This document shows, one piece after another, positions 60,701 to 64,000 of a stretch of DNA of 64,000 bases; positions within the stretch are counted from its first letter, which is position 1; each line of letters starts with the position of its first letter. The translations under genes and the position numbers were made by a program. Source of the DNA: Patescibacteria group bacterium (GTDB lineage Bacteria; Patescibacteriota; WWE3; 2-01-FULL-39-13); contig JASNYX010000002.1 in assembly GCA_048499955.1 (NCBI GenBank), positions 4,513 through 68,512 on the forward strand. The letters are read 5' to 3'. Below the pieces are notes generated by a model that was not told the origin of the DNA, ran no database searches, and worked only from the letters and a program-made list of their open reading frames with translations.

Positions 60701-60824
60701 TCAAGGGAACAAATAAAAGGCTTGCTAAAAAGGCTCGTAAAAAACTTTTATGTGAAAGATAAACGGAAGCAGCAAGAAGTATGCCAATAGCAATAAAAGC
60801 TGTGTTGTCAGGAAATAAAATCAT
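57726..60824 (-). CDS. Fusion of O-antigen-ligase (Wzy_C) domain and ArnT/PMT_2 (GT83) domain
   Basis: N-half: PRLGSTFWDVNHYG, TQSRSAWIG, GSGYGTF, HSVWGEVLAESG. C-half: DVDEAIYA, WFEKPPLYMW, AARFWSA, SRNGMLD, LTKG, PWH, KLQWYIMPMYP. Confidence 0.82.
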   Translation of the reverse strand: MILFPDNTAFIAIGILLAASVYLSHKSFLRAFLASLLFVPLMHKELFSLVIWDLLPIRIFLLGTLVYAITSVVVWMIKTPKHVIWNKVKDQFIKDPFFVLLAMLLVTRGVSLVNSEVFSQSAALFAFYSLAVYYYLLFKVVIKENKENYFTILNVYLFIGLLAGIFAVIQFYLRMCCRETIGGVWVVPNVLPRLGSTFWDVNHYGGYLITLIPLAFSYIFISESLKRKFMYVGFLGFLSWLLFMTQSRSAWIGIAVGMLISLAVYYWTKLKKPLMFAVAGLLLGSLGILIYSVVQGVDIKSKISRYMHYRLDSTDTHFMLLDASAEIFHNNFFIGSGYGTFDYAFRQTETASDYFDREPKLRESRVPSHSVWGEVLAESGAVGVTLYASFIVLLLSSLIYSVFNADERKMKYLGIGVLGSVISVLTAGIFYSYNMEFFWISIFLGIGYVYVSNSFHIKLLDIFSWWSKSTLTPYLIIVPPAVFFTFIKLGSSALIDVDEAIYAKVAKNMVMTGEWLSLRWDNLSKYWFEKPPLYMWLTALMFKLVGYRDFAEFAARFWSAVAGVGGVILVYRTGAKMYNRLAGIFSALLLLSTIQYVYYSRNGMLDVSVTFFILLSFYFFYRLIQNYISISKRRSIYYSFMVGLSIGFGILTKGIIGLLLLPTYIAYLLYLSVVNKNYKSIGLGLVMIIGATLIAGPWHILQYIRHGSDFLDDYFFEHVLKRGVDGLGHIQPPLWYLTVIKTSFRLWLAPLLAGIVCLPFIDKNRRKEYLLLMLVIVYLFSFFTYSRDKLQWYIMPMYPFLALIAGRFSERFLYWANNIIKNEFSLDHKVVRFVALIGIFVLSVFTLAWNVDKIYYPDANRDKAALIEIHNDIYPVEDHPDKKLYYNTAGHAVVLFYSDHRVSSISGPDIVKKIEDAEPDEALSFLTPNKIYYSVKGEEAKVDFPLSLDVKGSAGDWVLFKSRSRVEIYKIELGTRLAEYKKLELIPPARRLAYQQSRFASLRNRIIVISNQLVEWGNPPEDPTALMLIQQQ

Positions 60825-62005
60825 TATTTAATAGTAAGGAGCCTGCGATAGACCTCGATTGTTTGGGAAGCAGTCTGTTCCCATCCATATTTCGAAGCAA
60901 TTTCGGCTTTATATTCACTGCTCAAAGGCTTACTTTCAGACGCATTAATTATAGCACGCTGAAGCTCTTCGACGTCCCAAGGCGAACAATAATATGCGTT
61001 ATTTCCTAGGTATTCTTTAATTCTATCTCCCGAGGCAACAACACGCATTCCGGCAACTGCGGCCTCCAGAGCCACCAAACCGGTGGTTTCAAACCAACTC
61101 GGGTGAACATAGATCCCTTGATGCGACATAGCGGAAGCAACAATATTTTGGGATCGTTGTCCAAGATAGTAGATATTAGGTGAAAATCGATCTTTTATTT
61201 TGAACCTATACTTATATTCAGGGCTTCTTTTGGTCATGTCTCCAATGAACACAAGCTTATAATTTTCCAATTCATTTCGTTTTTTTAGAGATTCGAAAGC
61301 TTTAATGAGATTTAGTTGGTTCTTTCTGGGCTCAACTCTTCCGACATTTAATATTATTGGGGTATCCGTGAAATCCTCTCCGAATTCATCCATCATGAGT
61401 TTTAGAAATTCTTTATTGTCCGATCTGCTAAAAATTTCCAAATCAACCCCATTCACTATTTTTGCCCACGGAAATTCCGGGACATTAAAATCCAGTTTAA
61501 TATCCTCTGCTTCTTTGTCGGTTTGGACAAGAACGATATCCGACATCTTAATAATTTCTCTCTGCTGATATCTGATACCCGCCAATATTTGCACCAGTGA
61601 AGGAAAAGCCTTCCCATAGTTAGTTGCGGATCTATAAATATTCTTCCACTCATCTCGTAAAGGTTGAGACGATACCGCCCAGTTATACAACCTTCTAATA
61701 TCAAAACGATAAAGATCTTCATACTCTCGTACTTCCTGAGCTGAATGATGAATTGCAGATAAAACTATCGGCTTGTTATGCTGCCTCGCCCATACAGCTT
61801 GTAAGTAAGTTTCACAGACCCAATCTAAATTAAAAAGATGAACTAAATCATAATTATCGATATCTGTAATCTTGATTTCAGGTCTAATATCAATTTTTAT
61901 TGATGGATCGATCTTCTCGATAGCTGATTTGGTATGTTCCATTTGAGAAGTATCTCCGCCTTTTGGATCATATAAATCAATTCGAGATTGGAATAAAATC
62001 TTCAT
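60824..62005 (-). CDS. Glycosyltransferase family 4
   Basis: GGDTSQ, VHLFN, NGVD, VGRVEPRKNQ, PSWFETTGLVALEA. Confidence 0.9.
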   Translation of the reverse strand: MKILFQSRIDLYDPKGGDTSQMEHTKSAIEKIDPSIKIDIRPEIKITDIDNYDLVHLFNLDWVCETYLQAVWARQHNKPIVLSAIHHSAQEVREYEDLYRFDIRRLYNWAVSSQPLRDEWKNIYRSATNYGKAFPSLVQILAGIRYQQREIIKMSDIVLVQTDKEAEDIKLDFNVPEFPWAKIVNGVDLEIFSRSDNKEFLKLMMDEFGEDFTDTPIILNVGRVEPRKNQLNLIKAFESLKKRNELENYKLVFIGDMTKRSPEYKYRFKIKDRFSPNIYYLGQRSQNIVASAMSHQGIYVHPSWFETTGLVALEAAVAGMRVVASGDRIKEYLGNNAYYCSPWDVEELQRAIINASESKPLSSEYKAEIASKYGWEQTASQTIEVYRRLLTIK

Positions 62006-62011
62006 AGTAAT

Positions 62012-63136
62012 TTAACTTAAATATAAACGTCGATAACCATCCCAAAAGTTTTCTAACGAATACTGAGAAGCTTGGAGAACCCCTTTACCTAGCAAAACTT
62101 GCCTGGTATTTTCATCCGACAGCAACTGTTTGAGTGTGTTTTTCAGTTCGGTGATATCCCTAACCTTAAAGTATACTGCAGCATCCCCACCCACTTCTTT
62201 CAGAACCGGAATATCTGATGCTATTACAACTCTCCCGTTCGCAAGTCCCTCTATCAAAGCAATGCCGAAACCTTCTGCATTCGTAGGGAGAACATAGTAG
62301 TCGAAAACAGATAAAATGCCTGTTTTCTGTTCTTGCGGAAACCTATCCGTAAATGCGACTCGATCAGAAATACCCAACTCGTTTACAAAATTTTTACATT
62401 TATCAAGTAATTTTCCGCCCCCTGCTAAGAAAAGAAACAACTCATTTTTGTCATCATTTATTAACCCGGCAAAAGCTCGAATTAAAATTTCATGACCTTT
62501 TTCTTCTGTAAATCTCGAAATATTACCGATGATAGTCTTGTCCTGAGGAATTCCATATATGCGTCGAATTTCAGATGCCATATTAGCATCATATTTTAAG
62601 CTTTCTAGATCTATACCATTCGGAATAACCGTGATTTTTGACTCATTAATCTTCTCGCTATTAATACGTTGCCTTTTCAATTCCTTTGTCAAAGCAATCA
62701 CTCTTGTAGCTAAAAAATTGCCCGCTATATAGTTGGCAATAAAATTCGGAACAATTGAAATATATTTCTTAAGACCGGAATGATTCCACTCTAGAAATGA
62801 CGTATGTACATGGTAAATTCTTTTTTCACAACTTGCCCACCAGGCACCAATCATAGCCAGACAGCCGGTGCGCAATTCGTGTGCGTGAATCACATCAATA
62901 TTTAAGTTCTTAATTGTTTTATAAATACCATACGAATAGGAGATATCGAATTCCGATTTGGGAAACAACTCAATATGTTTTATCGCACCATAATCAAGAT
63001 ACTCCCTTACCATCGGACCATTCGGACAGGCCACGTAAATTTCTATCTCTTCATGAAGTCCTCTAATGATATCTGAAATCTGTTGTTCTATACCGCCAAA
63101 TTCAGCGGAGTGGTAACACATCAATAATTTTTTCAT
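62012..63136 (-). CDS. Glycosyltransferase family 4
   Basis: FGGIE, IHAH, IPNGID, SRFTEEKG, EGFGIALIEG. Confidence 0.9.
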   Translation of the reverse strand: MKKLLMCYHSAEFGGIEQQISDIIRGLHEEIEIYVACPNGPMVREYLDYGAIKHIELFPKSEFDISYSYGIYKTIKNLNIDVIHAHELRTGCLAMIGAWWASCEKRIYHVHTSFLEWNHSGLKKYISIVPNFIANYIAGNFLATRVIALTKELKRQRINSEKINESKITVIPNGIDLESLKYDANMASEIRRIYGIPQDKTIIGNISRFTEEKGHEILIRAFAGLINDDKNELFLFLAGGGKLLDKCKNFVNELGISDRVAFTDRFPQEQKTGILSVFDYYVLPTNAEGFGIALIEGLANGRVVIASDIPVLKEVGGDAAVYFKVRDITELKNTLKQLLSDENTRQVLLGKGVLQASQYSLENFWDGYRRLYLS

Positions 63137-64000
63137 TGTTCTTTCACATTTTCGAAACTTTTATTAATTAACATTAATTGTTTGTTAACTTTTCCGTCCC
63201 AACTATTTTGCGAAGCCAACTTTTTACGTGCATTTATTTTTTCTTCAGAGTTTTCCTGCAATGCCCTTTCGATATTAAAAACAAAACCGGCATCATCCTT
63301 TGAAACATATCCATCAACATCAAATCCTTCATAAGCAGGAAGGTTCGTAACTATAGTAGGTAAACCCGCAGCTAAAGCTTCAAAATATTTCACAGGGAAA
63401 CAACCTTTCACAGTATAATCATTCAAATTATAGGGTATAAAAAAAGCATCAAAATGAGCGAAATAATAGGGCATCGTTGACCAGGGTCTTAGCCCTAAAA
63501 AGTGCACGTTACTCAATTGTTTAAGTGCACTCAAATCAAGATCAGGATCTGAAACTTTCTCAGGTCCGATCAAAATGAAATGATACCTGCGATAAGTTTT
63601 TGCAACCTTCTCGATTAACTTTATATTATTCTTATAGCTATCAATTGCACCGGAAAATCCAACTCTGGGATGTGGAATATCTGAAATATCTTTCGGTTCA
63701 GATAATTTCTCGACAGGCAAATCAAAAACTTCTACTGCAGCAGCATTCGGCAAGAAATGCACATCAGGTCTCCACTGTTTAAACTTCGTCACTAAACCGG
63801 GTGCACTGGCAAATACTAGATTGGCTTTTTCAGCCAACCATTTTTCCCGGTGTAAAACCCAATCCACACCCTGCAGTCCTTTTTGATTGAAAATTATCTT
63901 TAGTTCATCATCAATCCATTGCACCCAAGATATTAATGAAGGGGTAACTTTCTTCCGTTGGGAATATTCGGGAAACGCAGTGTATTCATCTACAACGTCA
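63133..64000 (-). CDS. Glycosyltransferase family 4 (TuaH-like), 5' end outside the window
   Basis: The frame stays open to the window edge (DVVDEYTAFP...), FSGAI, PVKYFEALAAGLP. Confidence 0.85.
   Translation of the reverse strand, partial: DVVDEYTAFPEYSQRKKVTPSLISWVQWIDDELKIIFNQKGLQGVDWVLHREKWLAEKANLVFASAPGLVTKFKQWRPDVHFLPNAAAVEVFDLPVEKLSEPKDISDIPHPRVGFSGAIDSYKNNIKLIEKVAKTYRRYHFILIGPEKVSDPDLDLSALKQLSNVHFLGLRPWSTMPYYFAHFDAFFIPYNLNDYTVKGCFPVKYFEALAAGLPTIVTNLPAYEGFDVDGYVSKDDAGFVFNIERALQENSEEKINARKKLASQNSWDGKVNKQLMLINKSFENVKEQ

Noticed and set aside
1895-63782. Numerous 60-130 aa ORFs antisense to or nested in long genes
   Set aside because: They are shadow ORFs of well-supported genes with no recognisable motifs.
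1-64000. CRISPR array, prophage, integron, rRNA or defence system
   Set aside because: No regularly spaced repeats, cas, integrase, phage structural, rRNA or recognisable defence genes were seen.

Overview
A low-GC bacterial chromosomal window using standard code 11. Gene content and order (alpha2-type GlyRS divergent from recO, type-2 IleRS, DUF4012 protein, REP-associated tyrosine transposase, type IV pilus genes, dense glycosyltransferases) suggest a Patescibacteria/CPR organism, possibly WWE3/Microgenomates-like; this is inference. From left to right: a type IV pilus cluster with a sensor-less two-component pair; tRNA-Thr(CGT), wzx, lepB, rpmA/rplU; a kinase behind tRNA-Ala(GGC); ileS under a T-box riboswitch; a dcw cluster (mraZ, rsmH, ftsL, ftsI, ftsW, murG, ftsQ, ftsA, ftsZ); a Y1 transposase, glyQS and recO; and an approximately 31 kb surface-glycan locus. 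Most notable: (1) where the mur ligases and mraY normally sit in the dcw cluster, there is an intact but catalytically stripped MurA homologue and a P-loop-less MurF homologue coupled to an ECF sigma factor; (2) the ileS T-box has the ultrashort Stem I known from actinobacterial translational T-boxes but controls an intrinsic terminator; (3) tandem O-antigen-ligase/ArnT-type fusion proteins; (4) repeated leaderless promoter architecture; (5) a structured intergenic element with mutually exclusive helices. Several frameshifts (ftsA, one GT2) may be sequencing errors. All family assignments were made by eye from motifs, with no database searches.
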